A stretch of DNA of 64,000 bases, taken from Candidatus Saccharimonadota bacterium (lineage in GTDB: Bacteria; Patescibacteriota; Saccharimonadia; QS-5-54-17). Made by a program: the position numbers and the translations under genes. Below are positions 9,868 through 19,916 of the stretch, piece after piece (the first letter of the stretch is position 1; each line of letters opens with the position of its first letter). The DNA lies in the NCBI GenBank assembly GCA_050486185.1, contig JBJHCT010000001.1, forward strand, positions 82,216-146,215. Reading direction: 5' to 3'. The notes under the pieces are model-generated. The model did no database searches. It saw nothing but the letters and a program-made list of their open reading frames with translations, and was not told where the DNA came from.

Positions 9868-10893
9868 GTGATGAGCACTAGACGTATTTTAATTTTAGTG
9901 GGAGTGTTGGGTCTGTCGGCCTTTGTTTATGTGTTTTGGTCAGACTTGGCGGAATCAGTAGCTATTATTCGGGCTGTTGAGTGGCAGTACCTACTATTAT
10001 TTATACCCACACTAGCTTTAGTTTACTTTCTTTACAGTCTTTTCTATCAGTCGGTATTAGCTACTATCGGAGCTGCTAAAGTATCACTTACTAGGCTTTA
10101 CAAGCTATCTTTAGCTTCAGCTTTTGTTAATAACATCTTACCCTCAGGTGGAGCTTCGGGTGTATCGTTTTTGGTTGCTGTTTTGCGCCGAGATAATGTC
10201 AACAGTGGGCAGGTTAGTTTCATGCAGATAGCTAGGTATATGGCTGTTTATGCCTCTTATTCAGTACTGCTTCTAATAGCTATCTTTAGCCTGTATCTAA
10301 ACGGTATTGGCAAGCTAGCTACGATTATCGCTATAGCTATAGCTGTAAATATATTTTTGGTCACTGTCTTAGGTATATATATTCTTTACAGCAAAAAGGC
10401 CTTTAACTGGTTCTTTCACTATTTACGAAAAATCGCTGATTTCATTGCTCGACGTTTTAGAAAGGGCAAGAACCTGATAGGAATAGATAGGATGCAGAGG
10501 TTGCTTGATAATTTTCATAGCAGTGCTCAGCAGGCTGTTGAACAAAAAATTTATCTCAAGCAACCGTTTTGGTACGCTTTAGTAGTTAATACTCTAGAGG
10601 TAGCCTTGCTGTATATAGTCTTTCTGGCTTTAGGAGCACCGATCAGTATCGGTATAGTTATCATTGCTTTTGCAGTGGCGAATGGTGCTGGGATTGTTAC
10701 TATCATTCCAGGAGATGTTGGCGTTTATGAGATAGCTATGGTGGCTACTTTGAGCTTGGTAGGTGTGCCTCTAGCAGTCGGCATATCCGCTACCTTAGTT
10801 TATAGGGTGCTTCACAAAGGCTTGATTTTGCCTTTCGGTTTTTACTTCTATAGCCTCTATACCAAGGAGATTGCTGATGCAACCAATACTTAG
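9868..10893 (+). CDS. Polytopic membrane protein, UPF0104 / lysyl-PG-synthase-TM (flippase-like) family
   Basis: About 8 predicted transmembrane helices and an LPSGGASG motif. Confidence 0.4.
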   Translation: MMSTRRILILVGVLGLSAFVYVFWSDLAESVAIIRAVEWQYLLLFIPTLALVYFLYSLFYQSVLATIGAAKVSLTRLYKLSLASAFVNNILPSGGASGVSFLVAVLRRDNVNSGQVSFMQIARYMAVYASYSVLLLIAIFSLYLNGIGKLATIIAIAIAVNIFLVTVLGIYILYSKKAFNWFFHYLRKIADFIARRFRKGKNLIGIDRMQRLLDNFHSSAQQAVEQKIYLKQPFWYALVVNTLEVALLYIVFLALGAPISIGIVIIAFAVANGAGIVTIIPGDVGVYEIAMVATLSLVGVPLAVGISATLVYRVLHKGLILPFGFYFYSLYTKEIADATNT

Positions 10894-11992
10894 TGTCTCT
10901 CAGCTAGTCGGTATCGTTAACGATACTTTGGCCGCAACTCTAGCTCAGGTTAGTGTTGAGGGGGAGGTAGCTGGGTATAAAGAGTGGAACCAGCGACTGG
11001 CATTCTTTGATATTAAGGATGAGGATTCATCAGTTAACTGCATGATACCCCTGTCTTATCTAAATACCCCCATAGAAGATGGCATGAAGGTCCGTCTTGA
11101 TGGAGTGCCCAAACTCACTAAAAAGGGACGCTTTAGTTTAAGTGTAGTGACTCTGCGTCCTGCCGGTGAAGGAGCTATAAAGAAGGCCTTTGAGCTACTT
11201 AAAGCTAAGTTAGAAAAAGAAGGGTTATTGGCCGAGGAGCGCAAGAGATCTCTGCCGCTATACCCAACTCGCATCGGTGTAATCACCTCACTAGGCTCAG
11301 CTGCCTATCAGGATTTTCTAAAAATCATCAACACTCGTTGGCTAGGCATGGAAGTTCTAGCCTATAACTCCCAAGTTCAAGGGGATGGGGCGGAAAAGCA
11401 GGTTATTGCAGGTATAGAGTATTTCAATCAGCTGCCTGAGCCGGTTGAAATACTAGTATTGATTCGCGGTGGTGGTAGTCAAGAAGACCTACTGGCCTTC
11501 AATAGCGAGTCGGTAGCTAGGGCTGTAGCTGCTAGTCGCACACCCATCGTTGTCGGCATAGGCCATGAAGTCGATACATCCTTAGCCGAATTAGTAGCTG
11601 ACATGAGGGCCGCTACACCGACCGATGCAGCTAGACTAATCACTCCGGATCGAGACTATATCTTGGATAACTTAGAAAAATCTAACCAAATTCTAGCTAG
11701 GTCTATTCAGGATCTGCTAGTAGATACTAAAGATAATCTGGATGAATATCTAAAGACCTTGAGCGATAGACAGACGAAAGTCTTAACTATGGCTAGAGAC
11801 AAAATAAACTCTTTATCATTTAGGCTATCGAGTTTAAACCCAGAAAATGTTTTGCGTCGTGGCTACGTGATTTTACGTAAAGATAATGTTATTTTACGTT
11901 CAATCGGTGAGATATCTATAGGGGATAGGCTCATGCTACAATTAAGCTCAGGTAATGTTGAAGCAGAGGTGTTAAATGTCGAAAAAAACTAA
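10871..11992 (+). CDS. xseA: Exodeoxyribonuclease VII large subunit
   Basis: OB-fold N-terminus. IRGGGSQEDLLAFNSE...PIVVGIGHEVDTSLAELVADMRAATPTDAA. Confidence 0.9.
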   Translation: MLMQPILSVSQLVGIVNDTLAATLAQVSVEGEVAGYKEWNQRLAFFDIKDEDSSVNCMIPLSYLNTPIEDGMKVRLDGVPKLTKKGRFSLSVVTLRPAGEGAIKKAFELLKAKLEKEGLLAEERKRSLPLYPTRIGVITSLGSAAYQDFLKIINTRWLGMEVLAYNSQVQGDGAEKQVIAGIEYFNQLPEPVEILVLIRGGGSQEDLLAFNSESVARAVAASRTPIVVGIGHEVDTSLAELVADMRAATPTDAARLITPDRDYILDNLEKSNQILARSIQDLLVDTKDNLDEYLKTLSDRQTKVLTMARDKINSLSFRLSSLNPENVLRRGYVILRKDNVILRSIGEISIGDRLMLQLSSGNVEAEVLNVEKN

Positions 11993-12188
11993 AACTTTTC
12001 AAGAACAACTAGAGGAACTAGAGTCGATTATCGAGTGGTTTGACTCTGGCGATGTCGATATCGACCAAGCAGTTTCCAAATTCAAGGCAGGCAATCAATT
12101 AGTTGAGAATTTAAAAAAACGCCTCAGTGAAGCAGAGAACAAGATTAGTGAGATTAATAGCCAAGCAACCGGTCCAACTCAGGACTAA
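11976..12188 (+). CDS. xseB: Exodeoxyribonuclease VII small subunit
   Basis: LEELESIIEWFDSGDVDIDQAVSKFKAG. Overlaps the xseA stop. Confidence 0.85.
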   Translation: MSKKTKTFQEQLEELESIIEWFDSGDVDIDQAVSKFKAGNQLVENLKKRLSEAENKISEINSQATGPTQD

Positions 12189-12234
12189 AATTCTTTTGGT
12201 AATCTTGCTAATTACTTATAGCTGATTTAATATA

Positions 12235-12888
12235 TTGCTTATGGATTCAGGCAAGACCCACCATACATCAACAATCGTGATTTCAGTACTAGTATTTACT
12301 ACCGTGGCTTTCTTGGGCCTATCAGCCTGGGCTATTTATAACTATCACCAGGAGCGCAGCAGTGTTGATGAACAGATAGATGAGGCGGTAGCTGAAGCTA
12401 GAGCCGATCAAACAGCCATAGAGGAAGAGCGGTTCGAGGAAGAGCTTAAAAACCCCTACAGAGTCTATTCAGCCCCTAGTGTTTTTGGGGATATTAATTT
12501 AGAGGTGCCCAAAAACTGGAGTATCTATGCTGAGGATGGGACTTCTGGGCGGGTTCAACTAGATTTATTCGTACACCCTGATATGGTGCGTAATAACCGT
12601 AGTGGTAGCAATGACCCATATGCCTTTAGGATGGAGGTTAGGGATGAGTTATACAGCAGCTCCATACGCGGTTTTCAAAGAGATGTAGATAGGGGTAATT
12701 TACGGTCCAACACAGTAGAGGTATCAGGCTTAGAGGGTATTAGATTTGAAGGACAGATCAATAGAGACCAGAGGGGCCATTTAGTAGCTTTACCCTTTAG
12801 AGATAAGACTATCTGGATGTGGAGCGAAGGCTCTAGATATATTAGTGAGTTTAACAAGATACTAGATTTAGCTGAGATAGGGCGCTAG
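12235..12888 (+). CDS. Hypothetical membrane-anchored protein
   Basis: Single N-terminal transmembrane helix and no known motifs. Confidence 0.4.
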   Translation: MLMDSGKTHHTSTIVISVLVFTTVAFLGLSAWAIYNYHQERSSVDEQIDEAVAEARADQTAIEEERFEEELKNPYRVYSAPSVFGDINLEVPKNWSIYAEDGTSGRVQLDLFVHPDMVRNNRSGSNDPYAFRMEVRDELYSSSIRGFQRDVDRGNLRSNTVEVSGLEGIRFEGQINRDQRGHLVALPFRDKTIWMWSEGSRYISEFNKILDLAEIGR

Positions 12889-12951
12889 TCAGAGTTTCAT
12901 CTCATCTGATTTTCTAGATATCTTAATCCTTGCGCTTGGGGTTTTGCCTTA

Positions 12952-13695
12952 GTGTATATAAAATATATAACTAGGATGGTAAACACTAAGCTGCAAAGAG
13001 ATGATAGTGAGTTGAAGCTGATTACAGCTACTGTACATGAACTCAAAACCCCTCTAACTTTGATTCACGGCATGACTTCTATGCTGGAAACTGAAAGTTA
13101 TGGGGAGTTAAACTTGCAGCAAAAAGAACAGATTAGACATATATCCAAAGCCTCAAAAAGGCTAGGCTTTTTAATAGAGAGCTTAACTCATATAGAGAAA
13201 CTACCTAACTCACAGCGGTTACAGCCGGTCCAACTGCAAAAAGAACTGTTAGCAGTAATTAATGCTCATGAGGATAGAGTTGCAGAAAAAGACATATCGA
13301 TTCGCTATCAGCCCAAGAAAATACCACCAGTCCTAGCTGACCCTAAAAGTATCTATCAGTTATTAATGCATATAGTTAGCTCATCGATTAAGTATTCACC
13401 GCCTGGTAGTAGTATCGATATATCGACCAAGTTATCAGGTGAGTATGTGTCGATGAGAGTTCGGGATAGCGGGGGAGTGATTATGCCCAAGGAAATGCGT
13501 AGTATTAAAGCGAAGTTTGGTCGCCATAGACAACCGATTAGATCTCACTCCGACTCATCGGGCCTAAGCCTCTATATTATTAAATCGATAGTTGAGTTTT
13601 ATGGTGGCAGCTTAAGTGTATCTAGTAGGCCGAACGGTTCATCGATTACTATCAAACTACCGATAAGTGATCAGCTGAGCCTCTTTGAAGACTAA
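12952..13695 (+). CDS. Cytoplasmic histidine kinase (HisKA + HATPase_c) with no sensor domain
   Basis: H-box TVHELKTPLT. G-box-like DSGGVIMPKEM...GLSLYIIKSIVEFYGGSLSV. Confidence 0.7.
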   Translation: MYIKYITRMVNTKLQRDDSELKLITATVHELKTPLTLIHGMTSMLETESYGELNLQQKEQIRHISKASKRLGFLIESLTHIEKLPNSQRLQPVQLQKELLAVINAHEDRVAEKDISIRYQPKKIPPVLADPKSIYQLLMHIVSSSIKYSPPGSSIDISTKLSGEYVSMRVRDSGGVIMPKEMRSIKAKFGRHRQPIRSHSDSSGLSLYIIKSIVEFYGGSLSVSSRPNGSSITIKLPISDQLSLFED

Positions 13696-13776
13696 AAGGG
13701 CTTATATTATCTGCTAGAATGTATAAAAAGGCATCTTGATATTAAGTTAAAATCAAAATAAAGGAGATGTAATCTT

Positions 13777-14145
13777 ATGAGAATACTTTTTGTTGAAGAT
13801 GATGTTGAGATAGGTACTATGTATGCCTCCCAGCTATTATTAGAGGATAACGATGTTGTTCATGTTCGTAATGCTCAAGAAGCTATCGATATACTAGATG
13901 AAGAGGAGTTTGATCTAATAGTTTTAGATATATTACTTCCAGGAAGCAATGGTATAGCGGTATTGCAGGAGCTGCGTAGCTACCGTGATTGGCGACAAAT
14001 ACCGGTCATAGTTCTCAGCAACATTACCCCCGAAGATTTACAGGTTAGCGATAGCAGGCTAGAAGAGCTGGGTGTGAGAAAGTATTTAGTCAAGATGGAG
14101 ACTACTCCACAACATCTAGCCTCAGCCGTAGCAGCTTTAGCTTAA
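13777..14145 (+). CDS. Stand-alone response-regulator receiver domain protein
   Basis: MRILFVEDD...DLIVLDILLPGSNG...VIVLSN...KYLVK, with no output domain. Confidence 0.8.
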   Translation: MRILFVEDDVEIGTMYASQLLLEDNDVVHVRNAQEAIDILDEEEFDLIVLDILLPGSNGIAVLQELRSYRDWRQIPVIVLSNITPEDLQVSDSRLEELGVRKYLVKMETTPQHLASAVAALA

Positions 14146-14201
14146 AGGGATGAGAAGAAAGGTCGCTTAAAATGCTAAGCCCTCAGGTAGGTAGTTAAGT
14201 A

Positions 14202-14894
14202 GTGAGCAAGAACTATAAAACTACTGGTATTATCCTAACTCGTCGTGATTATGCAGAGGCCGATAAGATCTATACGATTTTAACTCAGCAGCGTAAAGTC
14301 TCAGCTATCGCTAGGGGAGTGCGTAAAAGCCAGGCCAAACTATCATCACACCTAGATTTATTTGCCGAGATAGAGCTGATGTTAATAGAGGGTAAAAAGC
14401 TAGATATCATCACCTCAGCTAGAATAGTTGAACATACCGATATTGCCGAAGATTACGAGAGGTTGCAGACAGGATTTTTGTTTTTAGAGATGGCCGATAA
14501 GCTTACCGATACTGAGGATATTGGTGGGGTTTATGATTTACTCAACCAACACATTAAGCTGCTTAAAGAAATCCCTATATCAGTTTGCGAGCTAGGATTT
14601 AAGCTCAAACTACTATTAGAGCTCGGTCAAAAACCAGATATGAGCTTGCCGGTTTCTGATTCTGAAATTCATAAGTGGGGCTTCGATATAGAGCATGGCC
14701 GGTTGGTAGATGCTAGTTCGGCCCTAGCTATAGCTATGAGCCAAGACGAGATTAAGCTGTGGCGATTAATGTTTGATCAACCTACAGAGTCGGTAGCTAA
14801 AGTAGGTGGTGTAGAAGCAGCAGCTAAAAGCAGCTTAAGGGTCTGCAATCAGTTCATCACCCAACAGTTTGGAGTGAGCTTTAGAGCTAAGTGA
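14202..14894 (+). CDS. recO: DNA repair protein RecO
   Basis: GTG start. TTGIILTRRDYAEADKIYTILT...RKSQAKLSSHLDLF has the RecO N-terminal OB fold. Confidence 0.8.
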   Translation: MSKNYKTTGIILTRRDYAEADKIYTILTQQRKVSAIARGVRKSQAKLSSHLDLFAEIELMLIEGKKLDIITSARIVEHTDIAEDYERLQTGFLFLEMADKLTDTEDIGGVYDLLNQHIKLLKEIPISVCELGFKLKLLLELGQKPDMSLPVSDSEIHKWGFDIEHGRLVDASSALAIAMSQDEIKLWRLMFDQPTESVAKVGGVEAAAKSSLRVCNQFITQQFGVSFRAK

Positions 14895-14966
14895 GTTTTA
14901 AGTTAGCCCGCCTATTAACACTTTATTTATATCTCCCACGCTAATCTTTTGTTATACTAACTACTA

Positions 14967-16343
14967 ATGAGTAAAGCTAAAAATAGCGCTAGTTTAGAAG
15001 ATTTAACCTCTCTAGCTAAAAGGCGAGGGTTTATATACCAGGGTAGTGATATCTACGGTGGTTTAGCCGGTACTTGGGATTACGGACCGCTAGGCGTGCA
15101 GCTTAAACGCAATATCGCCAATCTTTGGTGGCAGATGTTTGTTGAATCTAGAGATGATATTTACGGTTTAGACACAGCCATATTGATGAGTCAAAAGGTT
15201 TGGCAGGCCAGTGGACATACCGGTGCCGGTTTTGCCGATCCTTTAGTCGAGGATTTAGTTACTAAAAAACGCTACCGAGCAGACCATCTACTAGAGGATA
15301 ACGGTGTTGAGAATGCTGAAGGTATGAATCTTGATGAAGTTAATCAAGTCATCAAAGAAAAAGACATCAAAAGTCCTGATGGTAATGAGTTGAGCCAGGC
15401 TAGGCAGTTTAATTTGATGTTTGAGACGAGTGTAGGGTCACTGGAAGATGAGTCTAATAAAGTCTATCTTCGCCCTGAAACAGCCCAAGGCATGTTTGTT
15501 AACTTCAAGAATGTAGTCGATAGTATCTATCCGGATCTGCCGTTTGGTTTGGCTCAAATCGGCAAGGCTTTTAGGAATGAAATATCTCCTAGAGAGTTCA
15601 TTTTCCGTACTCGTGAGTTTGAGATCATGGAATTAGAGTACTTTATTCTAGAAGATACCTGGGAGGAATATTTCGAAGGTTGGCGTAAGAGCTTCTATGA
15701 TTGGTGTGAAGCTTTAGGCTTAGATAAGAAACGTATTCACGAAGTAGAAGTTCCTGAAGCCGATAGGGCCCATTATTCTAAGCGCACCATCGATTTTGAA
15801 TATGAGTTTAGTTTTGGTACTAAAGAGATTGGCGCTGTAGCCTATAGGACCGATTTTGATCTTAAAAACCATATGGAGCACTCTGGTGCTAATCTAAACT
15901 ATATCCTTAAAGGTAGCAACGAGAAGGTAGTACCTCACGTGATTGAGCCGACCTGGGGGCTAGACCGCAACCTATTAGCAGTACTAGCTGAAAGCTACTG
16001 CGAAGATGTCCAAAACGGAGAAGCGAGAGCCTACTTGAGTTTGCCAAAAGCTCTAGCACCTATTAAGGTAGCAGTATTTCCACTGCTCAAGAACAAACCG
16101 GAGCTAGTTGCTAAAGCTGAGGAAGTGTATCAACTTCTGCGTCAGCATTTTGGTTCAGTCGTGATTGACGATAACGGCAATATCGGCAAAAGGTATCGTC
16201 GCCAAGATGAGATAGGTACGCCATATTGCGTGACCGTTGACTTTGATAGCCTAGAAGACGGTAGCGTGACTTTGCGAGATAGAGATAGTACCAAGCAAAG
16301 TAGAGTTGCCATCGATGAATTAATTAAAGCTATCGATATATAA
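14967..16343 (+). CDS. glyQS: Glycine--tRNA ligase (alpha2 dimeric type)
   Basis: GLAGTWDYGPLGVQLKRNIANLWWQ, class II motifs, and a C-terminal anticodon-binding domain. Confidence 0.9.
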   Translation: MSKAKNSASLEDLTSLAKRRGFIYQGSDIYGGLAGTWDYGPLGVQLKRNIANLWWQMFVESRDDIYGLDTAILMSQKVWQASGHTGAGFADPLVEDLVTKKRYRADHLLEDNGVENAEGMNLDEVNQVIKEKDIKSPDGNELSQARQFNLMFETSVGSLEDESNKVYLRPETAQGMFVNFKNVVDSIYPDLPFGLAQIGKAFRNEISPREFIFRTREFEIMELEYFILEDTWEEYFEGWRKSFYDWCEALGLDKKRIHEVEVPEADRAHYSKRTIDFEYEFSFGTKEIGAVAYRTDFDLKNHMEHSGANLNYILKGSNEKVVPHVIEPTWGLDRNLLAVLAESYCEDVQNGEARAYLSLPKALAPIKVAVFPLLKNKPELVAKAEEVYQLLRQHFGSVVIDDNGNIGKRYRRQDEIGTPYCVTVDFDSLEDGSVTLRDRDSTKQSRVAIDELIKAIDI

Positions 16344-16389
16344 TAAGAGTAAGGGATTTTTCTAAAGTTAAGTAAATAGAGAGGATTTT

Positions 16390-16980
16390 ATGCCTAATAC
16401 AGATAAACAAAATAATCAAAAACCAAAACAGACCCAAAAGCAGCAGCCTCAAGCCAAGGGCAATAACTACGCCTTTATAGATGGTCAAAACTTGAATATG
16501 GGGGTCCAATCACTTGGATGGAAGCTAGATTACAAGAAGTTTAGAGACTACTTGCAGTCCCAGTTCGGAGTTTCAAGAGCCTATATGTTTGTCGGCTTCT
16601 TAGAGGAGCAGCAGGCACTATATAACGCCTTGCAGGAGGCCGGTTTTATACTAGTGTTTAAGCCTTTGATACGACATGGTGATAGTGAGATTAAGGGCAA
16701 TGTCGATGCTGAGTTAGTCTTGCAGACTATGATAGATATCGATAGGTACGATCAGGCCGTGATTATCACCGGTGATGGAGATTTTGCTGGGTTAATTAGA
16801 CATCTCATGAGTGTCAACAAACTAAAGCAGATTATTATCCCCAACAAAGATAAGTACTCCTCATTATTCGATCGATTAGAGGAATTTGATAATAAGCACG
16901 TTACATACATGAGCGATATTCGTAAAAACGTTGAGTATCCTAGCAGAAGGCGGGGCTATTCTAAGTCTAAAAAGGCTTAG
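16390..16980 (+). CDS. NYN/LabA-like domain protein
   Basis: NYAFIDGQNLNMG...VIITGDGDFAGLI. Confidence 0.7.
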   Translation: MPNTDKQNNQKPKQTQKQQPQAKGNNYAFIDGQNLNMGVQSLGWKLDYKKFRDYLQSQFGVSRAYMFVGFLEEQQALYNALQEAGFILVFKPLIRHGDSEIKGNVDAELVLQTMIDIDRYDQAVIITGDGDFAGLIRHLMSVNKLKQIIIPNKDKYSSLFDRLEEFDNKHVTYMSDIRKNVEYPSRRRGYSKSKKA

Positions 16981-17019
16981 GAGCTAATCAGGTAATTAAT
17001 ATAAGATAAGGAGTTTTAT

Positions 17020-17496
17020 ATGGCGGATACACAGAGACTTTACAGAATCCCTGAAGAAGGCATCATAGCTGGTGTTTGTGCAGGGCTGGGGGATTATTTC
17101 GATATAGACGTGACTTTAGTGAGAGTGGTTTTTGTGGTCATGACTTTTGCTAGTGCTGGCTTTGGAATACTGCTTTACGTGCTACTGGCAATACTAACCC
17201 CAACCAGAGGCTCAGCAGCAGCTAATCAAGCAGGTGGCTCTAAAGATGTTGATGATATCAAAGAGTCATTGCAGGAGATTGGCGATGACTTGCAAGAAGC
17301 AGCCGCTGATGTTAAACGCAGTGTCTCAGCTAATAAAAATAGGTTGCGCAATTACTTAGGAGCCGGTTTAGTGGCTTTTGGTCTATGGCTGTTAGCTAGC
17401 CAGTTTATGCCAGAACTGATTGAAATTAGATGGAACTATATATGGCCTGTGCTATTAATAGCTCTAGGCTTAATGATATTATCAAGGCGTAAGTAG
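17020..17496 (+). CDS. PspC-domain membrane protein
   Basis: LYRIPEEGIIAGVCAGLGDYFDIDVTLVRVVFVV. Confidence 0.75.
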   Translation: MADTQRLYRIPEEGIIAGVCAGLGDYFDIDVTLVRVVFVVMTFASAGFGILLYVLLAILTPTRGSAAANQAGGSKDVDDIKESLQEIGDDLQEAAADVKRSVSANKNRLRNYLGAGLVAFGLWLLASQFMPELIEIRWNYIWPVLLIALGLMILSRRK

Positions 17497-17544
17497 TTTG
17501 AATTAACTAGCAAAAAAAGTATTAGAAAGGAAAGTAGGTAGTGT

Positions 17545-18495
17545 ATGGATAATCAAGATAACCAGGAGAAACCAAAGGCAACTTTTACTACTAGAGCAGC
17601 CGGTTTCATTATGAGTCTAAAGATTGGTCGTCTATTTTGGGGCGGCTTCTTATTATTAGTGGGTACTTTAGCGCTACTGAATAACTTCGATCTAATGGAA
17701 GTGAGGTTCGGTAATCTATGGCGTTTGTGGCCACTAGTAATCGTAGCGATGGGTCTATCGGTACTATCACTTAAAGGCTTGATGGCCAGGTTACTTGCGA
17801 TTCTTTTTGTGCTACTAGCTTTGGCAGGTATATTCATAATGAGTGTTGCCGATGCACAAAGCGGGGAAAATAGAGTTACTACTGCCTCTGTGTCGGTACT
17901 TGATGATATCAATAGCTACGTAGTGTCTTTTAGCGGCGGGGCTGGCTTGATAGATATCTCTAGTCAGTCCCAAGACAATCTTGTAGAGGCTTCTTTAGAT
18001 AGTAATTTTGCAGAGTTAGAGTATGTAACTTCCCAAGAAGGTACTCTGCAGCTAATCGATTTAGAGGCTAAAGGTTCTGAGCGATGGTGGCTAGGTGATT
18101 GGCGCAGCGATTTTAAACTGACACTTTCAGAGTCTATGCCACTTAATTTGAGATTAGATGTTGGTGCTAGTGATATATCGGCCGATTTAAGCAATCTGCA
18201 GGTTGAGAGATTAGACGTTAATGCTGGAGCTAGTAGCATGGATATAACTTTAGGTGATTTAGCAGATAGACTAGATTTCAATCTCAACGTCGGTGCTAGC
18301 TCAATAGATATACGGGTTCCTGAGAGTGTGGGGGTGAGGGTGTCGCTATCTAGCAGTCTAAGTGAGACTAGACTACCTAATCTAGTTGAGGTTAGTGATG
18401 GAGTTTATGAAAGTAGCAACTACGCTGAGGCTGCTCAAAAACTTAACATCAGTGGTAGTAGTGGGGTTTCTAGTCTAAAACTAACCTATTATTAG
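17545..18495 (+). CDS. LiaF-like / DUF4097-type membrane protein with a beta-strand-repeat C-terminal domain
   Basis: N-terminal transmembrane helices, then repeated LDVGASDISADL / VNAGASSMDITL / NVGASSIDIRV units. Sits next to the PspC gene, a typical envelope-stress pairing. Confidence 0.5.
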   Translation: MDNQDNQEKPKATFTTRAAGFIMSLKIGRLFWGGFLLLVGTLALLNNFDLMEVRFGNLWRLWPLVIVAMGLSVLSLKGLMARLLAILFVLLALAGIFIMSVADAQSGENRVTTASVSVLDDINSYVVSFSGGAGLIDISSQSQDNLVEASLDSNFAELEYVTSQEGTLQLIDLEAKGSERWWLGDWRSDFKLTLSESMPLNLRLDVGASDISADLSNLQVERLDVNAGASSMDITLGDLADRLDFNLNVGASSIDIRVPESVGVRVSLSSSLSETRLPNLVEVSDGVYESSNYAEAAQKLNISGSSGVSSLKLTYY

Positions 18496-18578
18496 CATTA
18501 TCTTCAAGGTTGAAGTTTGCAATATGTGTATGACATTTGCTAATATAAGCCGTAAGAATTAAAAGGGGACAAATAAAA

Positions 18579-18872
18579 ATGTCAGTAGTTAAAGTAATCG
18601 GCTTACAGCATCCAAACTCTGAAAATGTACAGATTACCCTAAGTGCAGATGGTAGTGTAGATATACCAAGTTTGGGCGTGTCTGGCTCCGGAACTTTAAT
18701 GGCCGGTTTTACTAACTGGTCAGACTATTACACCGATAATAGTCCAACAATAGACTTTGGTGGTCTATCGGAGAATGTTGACTTCTCTAATGAATACTTT
18801 CCCAAGAACAAAATAGACTTTGCTCTAGGTAATGCAGAGACTGACTTTGGTACCGAGCTACCAGCAGCATAA
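18579..18872 (+). CDS. Hypothetical 97-aa protein sharing an N-terminal QHP..S....I.L.ADGSV repeat with the glycine-rich protein at 29423..30805
   Basis: Strong RBS (AAAAGGGGA). N-terminus MSVVKVIGLQHPNSENVQITLSADGSVDI aligns with MSSKLRVNDIQHPDSNEPNIKLDASGGV / LKHPDAVNPQITMNADGSVNV. Confidence 0.55.
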   Translation: MSVVKVIGLQHPNSENVQITLSADGSVDIPSLGVSGSGTLMAGFTNWSDYYTDNSPTIDFGGLSENVDFSNEYFPKNKIDFALGNAETDFGTELPAA

Positions 18873-18910
18873 TAAAGCCAATTATTTAAGTAACTAACCT
18901 AAATAAAGAG

Positions 18911-18943
18911 ATCTTGCAAATAACAGTTGCAAGATTTTTTATT
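18911..18943 (+). terminator. Rho-independent terminator
   Basis: ATCTTGCAA-ataacag-TTGCAAGAT perfect 9-bp stem followed by TTTTTTATT, directly downstream of the 18579..18872 gene. Confidence 0.7.
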
Positions 18944-19040
18944 GAGGCCTTTTGCATATAGCGTAAGCCTTATCTCTGCACACTCTATATAGCAAGGAAA
19001 CGCTTATGTTCGGTAAAAATTCGTCTGTATAAGTATAGAC

Positions 19041-19087
19041 GTGGGTAGGTGTGGGGTAGTATATTGGACTCAGTGGGTAGCAGTGGG
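19041..19087 (+). promoter_or_regulatory. MraZ-box array: two pairs of GTGGG-N5-GTGGG direct repeats upstream of mraZ
   Basis: GTGGG at 19041, 19051, 19073 and 19083 (10-bp periodicity within each pair), 45-90 bp upstream of the mraZ start. MraZ is known to bind GTGGG-N5 direct repeats in its own promoter. Confidence 0.5.
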
Positions 19088-19133
19088 TAAGAAGCCCACC
19101 TTAAGCAACTCAAGAAAAAATTAAAAAACTATT

Positions 19134-19496
19134 ATGACACGATTAGATTATTTCCAACGTAGACTCGATGATAAGAACCGGTTAACCATACCGGCCGAAG
19201 TTCGTTCAGAATTTCAAGGCGGGGAAGTGGTTATAACCCGAGGGTTTGGCCAGTACTTGCATCTATACAGTCAAAAAACTTGGGAAGAATCTATGGAATC
19301 AGCTTTAGCTGGTGATATTTTAGATGAAAAGGTAGCTGATCTTAACGTTAAGTTTCGAATCGGTAAGCAAGATACCAATCTAGATAGCAAGCAAGGCCGT
19401 GTCACAATCGATCAGCAACTCCTAGATTATGCCGGTATTAGTAAAGATGTTATGGCAGTTCGAGTCGGCAAATACTGGAGATTGATGAGGCCCTAA
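19134..19496 (+). CDS. mraZ: Transcriptional regulator MraZ
   Basis: Two DxxxR half-domains (DDKNRLTIPAEVR; DSKQGRVTIDQQLL) in a 120-aa protein. Confidence 0.7.
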   Translation: MTRLDYFQRRLDDKNRLTIPAEVRSEFQGGEVVITRGFGQYLHLYSQKTWEESMESALAGDILDEKVADLNVKFRIGKQDTNLDSKQGRVTIDQQLLDYAGISKDVMAVRVGKYWRLMRP

Positions 19497-19916
19497 ATAC
19501 CAAAAGCTAAAGAGCATATGGGGCAAACACTTAAAACTTAGTAATCAAACTTTTGATTGGCACCTTTAAAAAACAAAAACAAAAAACTATGCAAGCGAGA
19601 TCATCTATGTGGCAGTCAGCGGGTGATTTTTTAGGGTTAGATAACACCCTTATCAACAAACCCTCGCACTTCAAATCTCCAAAAACAACAACTCCACCTC
19701 ACACGTCTCTCTTTTTGAAGGAATTATTCTAATTCCTTACTATTTACAACCCTCCCCTGATTTATCAGGAGACGGGGTTTAATCTTTTGCTACATCTTTT
19801 GCAAAAGAGCAGTTACAGGTGCTATGCTGATTTTATCAGCACAGATTCTCCAGTAGCTAAACAAAAATAAAAACTAGACAAAACAAAAAGTTGACTGCTA
19901 CTTAGGTGATCTTGAT

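Noticed and set aside
18504-18522. Short hairpin CTTCAAGGTTGAAG downstream of the LiaF-like gene as a terminator
   Set aside because: The stem is only 5-6 bp with a tiny loop and a weak T-run. It is not convincing compared with the clear terminators at 18911 and 49097.
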